Assembly: GCA_965240325.2 (NCBI GenBank)
Contig: OZ251236.1
Span: forward strand, 992,001 to 1,056,000
Source of the DNA: Rebecca billardiae RCC1528
Taxonomy: Eukaryota > Protista > Haptophyta
Length of the DNA stretch: 64,000 nt
Reading direction: 5' to 3'
Part shown: positions 45,663 to 57,869 of the stretch, piece after piece
How the letters are laid out: every line of letters starts with the position of its first letter
How positions within the stretch are numbered: the first letter of the stretch is position 1
Notes under the pieces: generated by a model
What the model was told of the DNA's origin: nothing
Databases searched by the model: none
What the model saw: only the letters and a program-made list of their open reading frames with translations
Made by a program: the position numbers and the translations under genes

Positions 45663-45742
<80 letters not shown>
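45663..45742. repeat. (AT)n microsatellite, about 40 units
   Basis: Seen directly. Confidence 0.98.
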
Positions 45743-45746
<4 letters not shown>

Positions 45747-45764
45747 CTGCTACTTTACGTACAC

Positions 45765-46595
45765 TAGGCCTGTTTTATTTCTACCAGAGCCCAACGGCGA
45801 CATTCGCCAACGCGGTACAATGGCGGCTTGCCCGCTGGTGGTGGGTACCGGCGCGATTGCGGAGTAGTGATGGCACGTCGTTGGCGCATGTTCGTACTAG
45901 GGCGCTGAGCTGTAGCGAAAGATCATGCCAATGCTTGCTGCTAAGCCTTGCCATGGTGCTTCGGCATGACACAGACGGGTCACTCGCAGCGCACGGCAGT
46001 GTGACGATCGCCGCGCCGCGGCGGCAAACCGCGGTTGCGGGCGCGTTGCAAGCTGCAAGCACTCTGCCTTGGCTGCGTCGCGCCCGTGTCAGTTGGTGAA
46101 CCCGGATTGTAGAACGACAGATGGACTGCAAACGATACTAGCTCTACTCGCTCCGCCGCCACTTCCTTGTCGAGCGTGAGATGTTTGCGCATGCAGCTTC
46201 AGCTTGCCTCCTGCATTTGAACGTTGTCACGGCAGGTTGGTGGGCCGGTTGTTCAGGCCTCCTCGGCGTAGATGACGACAAGGTGCGTGCCGCGCGCACC
46301 CATGGCGCGCGGAAAGGCGTGCACACGCGTCATCGCGCATCTGGCAGGCTGCAGTCTTGGCCAAGATGATGCCAGAACAAGCCTGCCAGTGCCTCAACAC
46401 GCGGGCGCGAGCGCGCAGAGAGATCTGGCTTCTGACCCGTGCTCTTCAGTGTACCTCGTGTGCGACGACGACGAGGCGGACGAGCGCCGCAACTGGATTC
46501 GTGCACTCACCGGTCACCGAGGAGTGCACGAATCGCATTCCTCACGCACGTGGGGGCCGCCATCGGCCGTGAGAGGTACACTGAACGGGGCGTGA
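45765..46595 (+). pseudogene. Possible decayed PH-domain gene
   Basis: Fragments LFYFYQSP, MVLRHDTDGSL..GSVTI and VYLVCDDDEADERRNWIRAL (like the PH C-terminal helix) are separated by stops and frameshifts. Confidence 0.3.
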
Positions 46596-46762
46596 CACCG
46601 ATTCCCACTGGCGGGCACGGGTTTGTCGCCGTGACATAGTAAATGGAATCTGGTAGAAATAAAACAGGCCACTATCCGTATACATCGCAGCAGAATATCA
46701 GACTCGCGATGTAATATAGCATCGTCATCACATCAGTCGTCGCACATCATGCTGTCGTAGTA

Positions 46763-49700
46763 TCAGACGTGCCGGCTGATCTCGGCCAGCACCCCCTCCA
46801 CGTCCGCGCACGCGCGCCGAGGCGCCGTGCCCGCGCCGTGCGCGGGCGGCTGCTTCTCCTGCTGCGCCTTCTGCTCGGCCGCGGCCGGACGGCCGTGCTC
46901 GGCGGCCGCCGCGCGCGCCACGCCGCCGAGCGAGGCGCGGCGCGGGCTGCCGGCTGGCGCCTCGCCTGCGGGTGGCGTGGTCGCCGCGCGCGAGAGCGTC
47001 GCGGAGGGCGGCACGCTGAGCGGGCCGCCGTCGGCGCCGCCGCCCGCGCGCGGCTCGGCGCGGCGCTCCGCGCTCGCCGCCGCCGCCAGCCGGCTTCCCA
47101 GGCTGGCGCCGCACGCCGGCAGCGTGGCGGAGGCGGGCGTGCGCGCCGAGCGCTCCCTCGTGTGCGTCCGCACGCGCTCCGACAGCGCCAGCGTCTCGCC
47201 CTCGAGGCGGGAGGCGGTCCGGATGCCGTCCATCGTCACCTGCCTCGGCGCGCGCGCGCGGGCGGCGTCGGGCGGGTCGAGCGAGCGGTGCGCGGCGCGT
47301 GAGCGCGGCGCGCACCGCTGCGTGCGCTGCGCGCGCGTCACCGCCGCGCCGCGCGGAGGCGCCGCGCCGCGCGCGCGGCGCTCATCGGCCGCGCGCGCAC
47401 GCATCCCGCGCGCGCACACACACCTGCGAGAACGAGCGGCTGAGCACCTCGTGCAGCGACGCCACCTCCCCGGCGCGCGCCTGCGCCGCAGCCGCCACCG
47501 CGTCACGCGACGACTCAAGTTCCCGCACTCGCCGCTCGAGCGACTGCGAACCCCCGATGCGCGGTGGCCGGGAGAGGGGGCGCGGGGAGAGGGAGGCAGG
47601 TGGGAGGGAGCGCGGCGGCGAGGGGCCGGAGCGAGGCGCGGTTGCCGGCACAGGGGGCGGGAGGCGGAGGGAGCGCGGCGGCGCGCGGGCGGGCTCGTCG
47701 CGTGCGTGTGAGCAGGGGCACGCGGCGCGGCGGCGGCGTGCGCGCCGCTCGCCTGCCCACCGCGCCGCACCGCACCGCACCGCGCCGCGCGCGCTCGCCG
47801 CGCCGCGCCGCGCCGCGCGGGCGCGCGCGCCGCACCGCAACGGTCTCTCGGGCGGCGGAGAGGGCGGCGGCGTCGGCATTGGCGCGCGCCTCCGCGGCCA
47901 ATCTGCGCTCGGCCGCGTCGGCGTCCGCGCGCTCGAGCGCTGCGCGCAGCCGCGCCTTGTCCGCCGCCTCGGCGCGCACCTCGTCCGAGCGGCGGCGCGC
48001 CTCCTCCGCCGCGGCGTCCGCGCGCCGCCGCTCCGCGTCCGCCTGTGCGCGCGCCGCGGCCGCGGACGCCTCCGCCTCCTCGCGCGCGCGCGCCACCGCG
48101 GCCTCCGCCTCCCTCCGCGCGCCGTCGAGCGCTGCGCTCGCCTCGGCGCCGCGCGCCACGAGCGCGGCGTCGTGCGCGCGCGACGCCGCGTCCGCGCGCG
48201 CGCGAGCCTCGCTCAGCTCGGCGCGCAGCGGCGCGGTGGCGGTGGCGACGGCGGTGGCTGCGGCTCGCTGCGCCTGCGCGGTGGCGCGGTGGCGGTGCGA
48301 CGGCGCGGACGCGCGCGGACGCGCGCGGACGCGTGTAGACACGGCGGGTGCGGGTTACGATGCGGCGCGGCGCGGCGGGCGCGGGGCCCGGCCGGCCCCG
48401 AGCCTCGCGCCACGCGTGCCACGCGTCACCACACGCGCGCGCCGCGCGCGGCGGGCGGGCGGCGCGCCGCACACACACACCTCCTCAGCGGCGCGCGCGC
48501 CCGCGGCCTCGGCCGCGCGCGCCGCCTCGCGCGAGCGCGCCTCCGCCGCGCGCGCCTCCGCCGCCGCCGCGCTCGCGGCGTCGCGCGCGCTCGCCTCGGC
48601 GGCGCGCGCGGCGCTCGCCTCGGCCTCCGCGCTCGCGCGCGCCTCCGCCTCCGCGCCCAGCTCGGCGCGCAGCCGCTCCAGGTCCGAGCGCGCCCTCTCC
48701 GCCTCGCGCGCCGCCGCCGCCACCTGCCGTCGGACTGCCGCCGCGGCAGCTTCACCGTCCGCGCGCGCGCGCTCGGCCGCGCGCGCGGCGGCGCCCTCGA
48801 GCGCGGCGCGCAGCGCGGCGGAGAGCGCGCGCGCGGCGCCGCTGCCGTCGCCCACGAGGATGCCGCCGTACTCCACGTCGCCGCCCGCGCCGCGCTCGCC
48901 CGCCTCTGCGCCCGCGCCCGCCGCGCCTTCGGCCGCGCCCGCCGCCGGCCGCGCGGCCGGCGGCGGCGCGCCGCGCGTCGCGCGGCACAGCCGATCGAGA
49001 CACGCGCCCTCGGCGGCGGCTGCGCCGAGGTGTGGCGAGAGCTCGGCGCGGATCGCGCCGAGCGCGCGCGCCGCCTCGCTCGTCGCGCGCGCCGCCTGCT
49101 CGCGCGCCGCCTCCGCCGCGTCCGCCCTCGCGTCCGCGGCGGCGCCGTCGGCGCGCGCCGCGTCCGCGTCCGCGCGCGCAGCGGCGGCGCGCGCCGCCGC
49201 CTCATCCGCTGCGAGCGTCGCGGCGGCGCGCTCGGCCTGGAGCGCCGCCGCCGCGTCGGAGCCCTCGCGCGCGCTCATCGCGGCGGCGGCGGCGGCGGCG
49301 CGCGCCTCCGCGAGCGACTGCGCCGCGGCGCGCAGCTCCGCCGCTCGGCGGGTCGCATCAGCGTCGGCGGTGGCCGCGCGCGCCTCGGCCGCGGCCGCGC
49401 GCGCCTCCGCCTCCGCCGCCCTCGCCTCCTGAGCCGCCGCGCGCTCGCGCCACGCGGCGGCCTCGCCGAAGCCGCCGCCGCCGGCGCGCACCGCGGCGGA
49501 CGCCGCCGCCGCGGCCGAGGCGGCGGCGGCGGCGTCGGCGCCCCAGCCCAGCGGCGGCGCCGTCGGCGCGGGCGCGGCGGCAGGCGCGCGCCCCTCGACG
49601 CCCGCCGCCGCGACCGCCGCCTCAGATGCGCGGCGCTTGGGCGAGCGCGCCCGCTGCTGGGGCGGCGGGTGCGCGGCGGCGGTGGCGCCCGCCGCGCCGA

Positions 49701-52700
49701 GCGCGGCGGAGGCCGCCGACGCCGCCGCGCGCGCCGCCGCCGCCTCGTCGCGCGCGCGCCGCGCCTCCGCCTCCGCCGCGCGCCGCGCGTCGCGCTCAGC
49801 ACCGACCGCGCGCGCAGCGGCGCGCGTGTCACGAGCGTGCCGCTCTGCGAGCGCTCGGACGGCGGCGGCGCCGTCGGCCGCGGCCTCTTGCAGCGCGGAG
49901 GTGGCCTGCGCGCGCAGCGCGCGCAGCGCGCGGTGCAGCTCCGCCGCGTGCGCGCGCACCGCCGAGCGCGCGCGCGCGCGCGTCTCGCGCAGCGCTGCGC
50001 GCGCGCGCGCCGCCGCCGCCTCGGCCGCGGCCGCGCGGCCGCGCGCGTGGGCGAGCGAAGCAGCGGCCGCGCGCATCGCGTCGCCGCCCGCCTCCGCCTC
50101 GGCCTCGGCGGCGCGCGCGCGGCGCAGCGCGGCGCCGATGTGCTCGGCGGCGCCGCCGCCCTCGCTCCCGCCACCGCCGTACACCTCGTGCCCGTGCTGG
50201 CCGCCGTATCCAACGCCCCCGCCGCCTCCGCCGCCGCGCGCGTCGCCCGCGCCGCGCGCGCCCGCCGCCGGCTGCGCCGCGCCGCCGCCACTGGCGGCGC
50301 CGCCGCCGGCGCGCGGCCAGCCGCCGTCGCCGCCAGTGCCGCCCGCGTCGTACGCATGGTGGTGCGCGTGGTACGCGCCGCCGCCGCCGCCGCCACCCGG
50401 CGGCATGCCGAACGGCGGCGGCGGCGGCGGCGGCGGCGACGGCGCGCGCGGCGGCGGCGCGGCGGCCGCGGCGGCCGCCGCGCGCCGCGCCGCCGCCGCC
50501 TCCGCCTCCGCCACCGCCGCGCGCGCCTCGGCCGCCGCCGCGCGGCGCTCGGCGCGCGCGAGCGCGTCGGCGAGCTCGGCCTCGCCCGCGCGCGCGTGCC
50601 ACGCCTCCTCCGCCGCCGCCTCCGCCCCGCGCTCCGCCTCCGCCGCCCTCGCGCGCTGCCGCCACTCGCCGGCCGCGCCCGCGGCGCGCGCCGCGTCGGC
50701 CGCGTGCGCGTCGAGCGACCGACGAGCGGACTCGGCCGCGGCCGCGGCGGCCTCGGCGGCGGCCTCGGCGTCGGCGCGCGCGGCGGCCTCGTCCTCGAGG
50801 CGCGCGCGCAGCGCCATCACGATCGAGCGCGCCTCCTCCAGCTCCTCGCCCAGCGCGCCGCGCTCCGCCGAGCGCTGCGCCGCCGCCTCTGCCGCCGCGT
50901 CCGCCGCCGCCTCGGCGCGCGCCTCCGCGTCCGCGCGCGCGCCGTCCGCGTCCGCCGCGGCGCGGCGCGCGCCGTCGAGCTCGGCGCGCGCGGCGTCGAG
51001 CTGCTCGGCGTGCGCGGCGAGCAGCGCGCGCTCGCGCGCGGCGAGCGCGCCGCGCGCCGCCGCCTCGTACTCGCTCAGCGCCGCCTTCGACTCGCCGACG
51101 AAGCGCGCCTCGAGTGCAGTCAGCTGCGCGTCCGCGCGCGCGTCCGCGGCGGCGGCGGCGTCGCGCGCCGCGGAAGCATCTGCGCTCAGCCGCGCGGCGG
51201 CGGAGTGCGCGGCGGCGCGCTCGCGCGCGAGGAGCTCGGCGGTCTGCTGCTCCAGCTGCGCGCGCTCCGCCTCGCGCGCGCCGTGCGCCGCGCCCACCGC
51301 CTCGCGCGCCTCATCCAGCTGACGGGCCGCGAGCGCTGCCGCCGCGCCCAGCGCTGCGCACAGCGCCCCAACCGCCTCCGCCGCGGCCGCGGCCGCGGCG
51401 GGCGCGGGCGCGGGCGTGGGCGTGGGCAGGTGTGCGGCGGCGGCGCGCGGCGGCGAGGGCAGCCCGCCGCCCTGGCGCGCGCGCTGCCCCGGCGGCGTGC
51501 CGCGCCCGCCGAGTGCTGCGGACAGCGGCGAGCCGAGCCCAGCGCCGAGCGAGCCGCGCGCGCGCTGCTGCGCCGCCGGCGTGGCGGTGGCGGCGGCGGC
51601 GGCGCCGCGCCCGCCGCCGTCCGCCGCCGCGGCCGATGGCACGCCGTCGAGGGCCGCGGCCACCGCCGCCTCGGCGACGGCCTCGAGGTCCGCGCTCTCA
51701 CCACCCGCCCCGCCCACATCGCCGCCGCCCAGCCCGTGTGCCCTCAGCGCGGACGCGGCGCCGCCGCCATCGCCCACGCCGCCGCCGCCGCCGCCCATCA
51801 CCAAGCCCGCCGGCGCGGCGGCGCCGCCGCCGCCACCGCCGAGCGCGGCGTCGAGCAGCGCCTGGAGGCGCGCGGCGGAGAGCTCCTCGCCCGCGCGGAC
51901 GAGGCTGCGCGCGCGCGGCGCGTCCAGCGTCGACGCGCGCGGCTCGCCCTCCTCCACGCCCTCCGCCGCCGTCGCGAGCGGCGCCGCCGCCGTCGCGAGC
52001 CGGCGCGCGGCCGCCGCCGCCGCGGTTGCAAGCGCTGTGCGCTCGGCGCGCGCTCGCTGCAGCGCGCCCGCCGCGGCGGCGGTGGCGGCGTGCGCGGCGC
52101 GCGCGGCGGCGGCGGCGGCCTCCTCGGCCAGCCGCCCCTCGGCCGCCTCGCGCGCCTCGCGCACCGCGCCCTCCGCCTCCGCCTCCGCCGCGGCCGCGCG
52201 GCGCGCGGCGGCGTCGGTGGCGGCGCTGGCCTCGGAGCGCGCGGCCGCGAGCGCCGCCGCCGTCGCCTCCGCCTCGGCGCGGCGCGCGGCCGCGCCCTCG
52301 TCGGCGTCGGCGCGCGCGCGTGCCGCGCGCGCGTCGGCGTCCTCGAGCGCCGCGCGCATCGCGCCGAGCTGCGCGCCCAGTGCCGCCGCCTTCGCCTCCG
52401 CCGCATCGGCGCGCGAGCGCTGCTCAGAGGCGGCGGCGTCGGCATCGGCGCGCGCCGCCGCCTCGCGCGCCGCCTCGGCCGCGCTCGCGCTCGCCGCGGC
52501 GTCGGCGGCGACGAGCTGGTCGAGCTTGGCCGCGAGCGCGGCGTACTGCGCGCGCGCCTCGTCGCGCGCCGCCTCCGCCTCCGCGCGCGCGCGCTGCGCC
52601 GCCTCCGCGCCCTCGCGCGCCGCGGCCGCGTCGGCGGCCGCGGCGGCGCGCGCCGCGTCCGCGCCGTCGCGCGCGGCAAGCGCGCTCGCTTCGCGCACGC

Positions 52701-53625
52701 GGCTCTCGGCGAGCTCGTCGCGCCAGCGCTCGGCGTCGGCCTTGGCGGCGGAGAGCGCGGCCTCGCGACCGAGCACGTCCGCCGTCGCCGCCTCCAGCCG
52801 CGCGTCGCGCCCCTCCAGCGCCGCCGCCATCGTGGTCAGCTCGTCACGAGCGCGCGCCGCGTCTGCGCGGGCGTCGGCGAGCGCGGCCGCGGCGCCGCGC
52901 GAGGGCTCGAGCTCGGCGCGCGCGGCGTCGCGCTCGGCGCGCGCGGCGTCGCGCTCGGACGCGGCGCGCTTCAGCGCGCCGGACAGCTCGAGCACGCGCG
53001 CCTGCAGCCCGTCCAGCTGCGAGCGCGCCTCCGTCGCCTCACGCTCCGCAGCGCCGCGCGCCGCCTGCGCGCGGTCGCAGCCTTCGCGCGCGCGAGAGAG
53101 GTCGTCGGCGAGGCGCGGCACGGCGCCCTCGCGCTCGGCGTCGCGCGCGCGAAGCACCTCCACCTCGCGCGCCGCCGCCTGCGCCGCCGCCTGCGCCGCA
53201 GCCAGCTGGCGCGCCTGCGCGCCGAGCGCGGCCTCCGCCTCGGCGCTTAGCGCCGCCGCCACCACCTCGCGCGCGCGCTCGAGCGCGTGGCCCGCCGTGG
53301 CGGGGTCGGCGCGCATGGCGTGGAGGGCCTCATCCGCCGCGACGATGTGCGTGATCTCGTCCAGCCGGCGGCTCAGCGACGAGAGCCGCTCCTCGTACGC
53401 GTGCGTGAGCGCGACAATCATCGGGTGATGCGACTCGTCCGCGCCGCCGCCGCCGCCGCCGCCGAGCGAGTGCGACGCGCGGAGCTGGAGGCCGCTGGGC
53501 ATCGCGAAGCCGCGCGTACTCGGGTACCCGGGCGTCTGCGGCGTGCCGTACGCGCCCGCCGGCGCCGCGCCCGGCGTGTGCGCCGGCGGCGCGTGCACGT
53601 CCCACGCCGTGGTGCCGCCAAGCAT
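46763..53625 (-). CDS. Very large Ala/Glu/Arg-rich coiled-coil protein (~2060 aa)
   Basis: Continuous heptad-like ORF. Exons 53625-48481, 48273-47836, 47543-47424 and 47239-46763 are joined by GT-AG introns in phase 0. Confidence 0.78.
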
Positions 53626-53720
53626 GCCGTGCGGCCGAAGCTCAAACCGTGCCGCGTTCGAACGAAAGTGCGGGTTGGTGCAACTGTGCATCCGGACCAG
53701 CGGCAACACTCATCAGATCC

Positions 53721-54698
53721 ATGGCTGCTGCGCCGCCGCCAGACGGCACCTTCGACTGGCACGCGTCGCTGCGCAGCTGCGAGGCGCTGCGCGACGTGGT
53801 GCTGCCGGCAGCGCACGGGCTCGCCCCGTCGGCGCGCGTGCTCGTGCTCGGCTGCGGCGACTCCACGCTCTCGGAGGACGTGCTCGCCGCGGGCGGATGC
53901 GCGGAGGTGACTTCGATCGACACGGAGCCGCGCTGCATCGCGCACATGCGCGCGCGCACCGCGGGCGTGGCGGCGCTGCGCTGGGAGGTGCTCGACGCGA
54001 CCCACGCCGGTGGCCTCCTCGCGCCGCTCGGCGGAGCGGCCCCCTTCGACCTCGTGCTCGACAAGGGCACGCTGGACGCGATCGTGTGCGCAGGCGACGA
54101 CGCCGCGTGCCGAGCCGCGTTCAACGCGCGGCGCGCGCTCGCGCCCGGCGGCGTGCTGGCGGTGGTGACGCTGCACGTGGACAGCAAGGTGCGCCGATTC
54201 CTCGACGCGCCCGCCGGGCCCGGCGCCCGCGGCGCGTACGCCCTCGGCTGGGCGAGCGTGCGCGCGACACCGCTGCGCGCGCCGCCCGCCTTCAGCGGAC
54301 AAGCGCTCGTGTGCGTGGCACCGTCCGCGGCGGAGGGGGCGGAAGGGAGCGCGGGCGGGTGGGAGGGCGACGCGCGGTTTGACGCGTACGCGCGCGCCGT
54401 CGCGGGCGCGGCGCACGCCGACGAGACGCCGCTGCTCACGCCGCAGCGCGAGGCGGAGCTCAGGCTGGCGTGGGGCATGCGCGCGCTCGGCGCCGCCTCG
54501 CCCGCGCAGGCGCGCGTGCCGCTGCGCGAGGCGCATGCGCTCATCTTCAGCGCGGCCGAGCGCGCGGAGTACGCGCTCGAGGACTTCGAGGCGGACGTGG
54601 CGGCGTGGCGCGCGTCCCAGCGCGCGCCCGACCGCGGCGCGTCCGACGCCGGGCTCACCGCCGACGAGGCGGTGGCGCTGGTGCATGCGATCGAGTGA
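53721..54698 (+). CDS. Class I SAM methyltransferase, METTL13/EEF1AKMT4-like
   Basis: Motifs TFDWH, VLVLGCGDSTLSE, FDLVLDKGTLDAIVC, RALAPGG. Confidence 0.88.
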   Translation: MAAAPPPDGTFDWHASLRSCEALRDVVLPAAHGLAPSARVLVLGCGDSTLSEDVLAAGGCAEVTSIDTEPRCIAHMRARTAGVAALRWEVLDATHAGGLLAPLGGAAPFDLVLDKGTLDAIVCAGDDAACRAAFNARRALAPGGVLAVVTLHVDSKVRRFLDAPAGPGARGAYALGWASVRATPLRAPPAFSGQALVCVAPSAAEGAEGSAGGWEGDARFDAYARAVAGAAHADETPLLTPQREAELRLAWGMRALGAASPAQARVPLREAHALIFSAAERAEYALEDFEADVAAWRASQRAPDRGASDAGLTADEAVALVHAIE

Positions 54699-55199
54699 CT
54701 CTCAGACTCACTCCGCCCGGTCACGGTGGCCCAAGGCCAAGGCCGTCCCGCGGCCGCGGCCGTCCGTCGCGCCGCCGTGGTCGTCGACCGTCACAGTAAT
54801 TATCTGCTGTAATAGTCTGCTGAGACTGGCATGCCGATCCTGCGATGCTGTCCGACCGTGTACGGCCGAGTGACTGAGTACTGACAGTCTGACTTAGCAG
54901 TGGCACATCACTCCGGGTCCAATTCACTGATGTCTGACATTATTGCACATTGACAGCAACTGCTGTCACAGCAGCGCGGCGGCTACGACACGTATGTGAT
55001 GCAACGTTCCATGTTGTCGCAGGTTGTCGGAGCAGACCGTCAGCACTGATGAACAGCAGCGCCTCTGCTCAAGCTGATGCAGCGGATGCTGGTGAGCAGC
55101 CTCTGTCCGGGCGCGCGCCAGGTCCGGGCCAGACTGCGCCAGGCGCGCCAGCCGAGCCGTGAACACTGGGAGCGCCGCAGTCTCCGGCCGCGAGAAGCC

Positions 55200-57869
55200 A
55201 TGCTGGGCGTGCTCGCCGCCGTGGTCCTCGCCGTGCTACCCCCGGGGTATGAGGACGAGCTCTACTGCCCAGTGGGCGCGTGCATGCGCCCCCACGCCAA
55301 CCCCGCGGGCTTCGTCGGCCCGCGCAGCCGCTTCCACGAGTGCGTGCTCGCGGACGGCTCGGTCGGCGCGGTCAAGTCGTGGGGCTTCAAGCGCGGCGGC
55401 GAGGCCGCGCGCGAGCGGCTGCTCGCCGAGGGGTACCACTCGCGCCGGTGCGAGGAGGGCGGCGAGGGCCCCCACGCTCAACCCGCGCCCGCGCCCGGCG
55501 CCGGGCCTGCCACCCCCGCCGCCGGCATGGCCGGTGCGAGCGCGGCGACGGCGAGCCAGCTGGTCGCGCGCACGGCGCAGGCGCTGCGCGCGCTCCCGCC
55601 TGGGTACGAGGACGAGCTGTACTGCCCGCCGGGCGCGTGCATGCGCGACAAGCCGGGCCTGCCCAGCTTCCTCGGCCCGCGCTCCGCCATGGTCGAGTGC
55701 CTGCGGCCCGACGGCGCCGCGCAGCCGGTCGTGGCCTGGGGCTCTCGAGACGGTGACGACGTGCGCGCTGGGCTGCTGGCCGATGGCTTCCACACGCGCG
55801 AGTGCGCGGCAGAGGCGGCGGAGAGCGCCGGGGAGCCCGCGCTCTCGGACTTCGCCGCGATCGCCGCCGCCGCTTCCGCCGCCGCGAGCGGCGCGCTTCC
55901 CAACGGCGGCCCAGGCCTCGGACCGGCGCGCGCGCGCGCGGCCGGCGCCTCTGGCGCCTCGCCTCTGCGCGCGCTGCCGCCGGGCTTCGAGGACGAGCTC
56001 TTCTGCGAGGCGGGCGCGTGCCTGCGGCGGCGGGCGCACCCGCCGCACGTCCTTGGCCCGCGCGCCGCCGAGTACGAGTGCGTCCGTCCCCTCGACGGCG
56101 CGGGGCGCTCGAGCTCCGCACCTGTCGGCTGGGGATCGGCGCTGGGGTTGGCCGCACGCGCGGCGCTGGTTGGGCGCGGCATGCACACGCGCACGTGCGC
56201 CGAGGCGGTGGCGCACGGGGGCGGCGGAGGCGGTGGGCGCGCGCCCGCGGCGAGCGACGCCGACGCGGAGGCCGCGCCCGCCGGCGCCACACTCGCCGAC
56301 GGCCAGGTGTGCGGCAACCCGCACTGGCCAGCGGACGTCGGCGTGCTGCGAGCACGCGATTGCGGTGAGCTCGCCGCGGGTCTTGGCCGCGCTGTGTTCG
56401 CGTGGTCGGCGCGGACGATGTACTGCTACGCGTGCACGGACAAGGAGGCGGCGCAGCCGCGGCCGGACGCGGCGTACGCCATGTACCGCACCGGCGCGTA
56501 CGCGCGCCTCTCGCCGCGCCCGCCGCCGCCGCCGCCGCCGTCGCACCCGCCGCCCGCAGCCCCGCCCGCGCCGCCCGCGCCGCCGGGCACGCGGCACGGC
56601 GTCAAGTGGCACGGCTGGTTCTGCACGACCTTCTTCTCGCCGATACTGCGCAGCGGCGCGCGCTCGCCCGCCGCGTGCGCCGCCGCGCTCCGCGCCACCG
56701 AGTGGGCGCGCGACACGCCCTACTTCTCGTGGGGCGCCGCGCGCGGCGACTGTTACGGCTGCAACCCGCGGCGTAACGGCTCTTTCAAGATGAACTATTA
56801 CACGAACCGGTACGACACGTTCGAGCTGGACAAGTTCGGCCCGCTCGCGGCGGGCGCGCTCGCGGCGGCGCCGCCGCCCCCGCCGCCGCCCTCGCCGCCC
56901 GTGCGCGCGTGCGCCGAGACGCTGCTCTGCGCCAAGCCCGGACTCTCGCCGTGCGATCTCGTGCGCGAGATCGAGATCGCGATCTCGCCGAGTGGCTGCT
57001 GCGCCTTCTGGGCGGGCCCGTGCGTGCGCTGCTGCGAGATGAGCGCGGAGGAGCTCCGAGCGGCGAACCCGAGGCCGGGGAGCTCACCCGCCGCGCAGCC
57101 GCCACCGAGCCCCACCGCCGCGGCACCGCGCCGGCCGCCGAGCGCGGCGCCGGCCGCCGCCGCGCCGGCGGCCGCGCCGCGCTCGGCCGGGCCAGCGGCC
57201 GCACCGGGCTCGCCCGCGGCGCCGGCCGTGGCGGACGCCGTCTCGGCGGGATGTGAGGGCGCGCGAGCGACGATGGAGCTGAGTGACTCGACGGGGGCGG
57301 ACTGGGCCGGCGCGCAGTGGCGCCTGCGCGCCCCAGCCGCCGCAGAGCCCGTTGCCAGCGGCACGCTGCGCGCGCGCGGCTCGGCGCACGCGCCGCTCTG
57401 CGTGCCAGCTGGCTGCTACGTGCTCTCGGCACTCGGCGGCGCGCACGACCAGAGCCTGGGCTGGACGCTCACGCAGCCGGCGGCGGAGGGCGCTGGCGGC
57501 GCGGCGGCGGGCCCCCGCGCCGTCGTCGCGAGCGGAGGCGCCACGTTCGGCCGGCGCGTCTGTCTCACTGCGACTGGCTCGGCAGGCGGCGGCGGCGCCC
57601 CAGGCCGCGTGGCGCGCGTGACGGCCGCGCACGCCATCGGCGTGGCGCCGATGGGCGCGGCGCCGACCGACGGTGTCGCGGCCGCGGCTGGCATGCGCTG
57701 GGGCATCGCAGCGGCCGCGCTCCTCCTCCTCGCGCCCGCGCTCGTGGGGAGCACGCGCGCCGCGTACTTGGCCGGCAGGCGGCTGCGCGCGGCAATCGAC
57801 CGGCGGTCGCGGCCACGCGGCCACGGGGCAGGGTCCGCGCACCTTTCGCCGCGGGCCGCCATGCTGTAA
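55200..57869 (+). CDS. Cell-surface type I membrane protein with three Cys-rich LPPG(Y/F)EDE repeats, two PAN/apple-like modules, a DSxGxxW module and a C-terminal TM
   Basis: Signal peptide MLGVLAAVVLAV, internal repeats, Pro-rich linkers, TM WGIAAAALLLLAPALVG. Confidence 0.8.
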   Translation: MLGVLAAVVLAVLPPGYEDELYCPVGACMRPHANPAGFVGPRSRFHECVLADGSVGAVKSWGFKRGGEAARERLLAEGYHSRRCEEGGEGPHAQPAPAPGAGPATPAAGMAGASAATASQLVARTAQALRALPPGYEDELYCPPGACMRDKPGLPSFLGPRSAMVECLRPDGAAQPVVAWGSRDGDDVRAGLLADGFHTRECAAEAAESAGEPALSDFAAIAAAASAAASGALPNGGPGLGPARARAAGASGASPLRALPPGFEDELFCEAGACLRRRAHPPHVLGPRAAEYECVRPLDGAGRSSSAPVGWGSALGLAARAALVGRGMHTRTCAEAVAHGGGGGGGRAPAASDADAEAAPAGATLADGQVCGNPHWPADVGVLRARDCGELAAGLGRAVFAWSARTMYCYACTDKEAAQPRPDAAYAMYRTGAYARLSPRPPPPPPPSHPPPAAPPAPPAPPGTRHGVKWHGWFCTTFFSPILRSGARSPAACAAALRATEWARDTPYFSWGAARGDCYGCNPRRNGSFKMNYYTNRYDTFELDKFGPLAAGALAAAPPPPPPPSPPVRACAETLLCAKPGLSPCDLVREIEIAISPSGCCAFWAGPCVRCCEMSAEELRAANPRPGSSPAAQPPPSPTAAAPRRPPSAAPAAAAPAAAPRSAGPAAAPGSPAAPAVADAVSAGCEGARATMELSDSTGADWAGAQWRLRAPAAAEPVASGTLRARGSAHAPLCVPAGCYVLSALGGAHDQSLGWTLTQPAAEGAGGAAAGPRAVVASGGATFGRRVCLTATGSAGGGGAPGRVARVTAAHAIGVAPMGAAPTDGVAAAAGMRWGIAAAALLLLAPALVGSTRAAYLAGRRLRAAIDRRSRPRGHGAGSAHLSPRAAML

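Noticed and set aside
47299-53354. Very long plus-strand ORFs (1983, 1668, 670 aa) and similar antisense ORFs elsewhere, such as 3543-6629 (-)
   Set aside because: They are shadows of real GC-rich genes on the opposite strand, with Arg/Ala/Pro-rich translations and no motifs.
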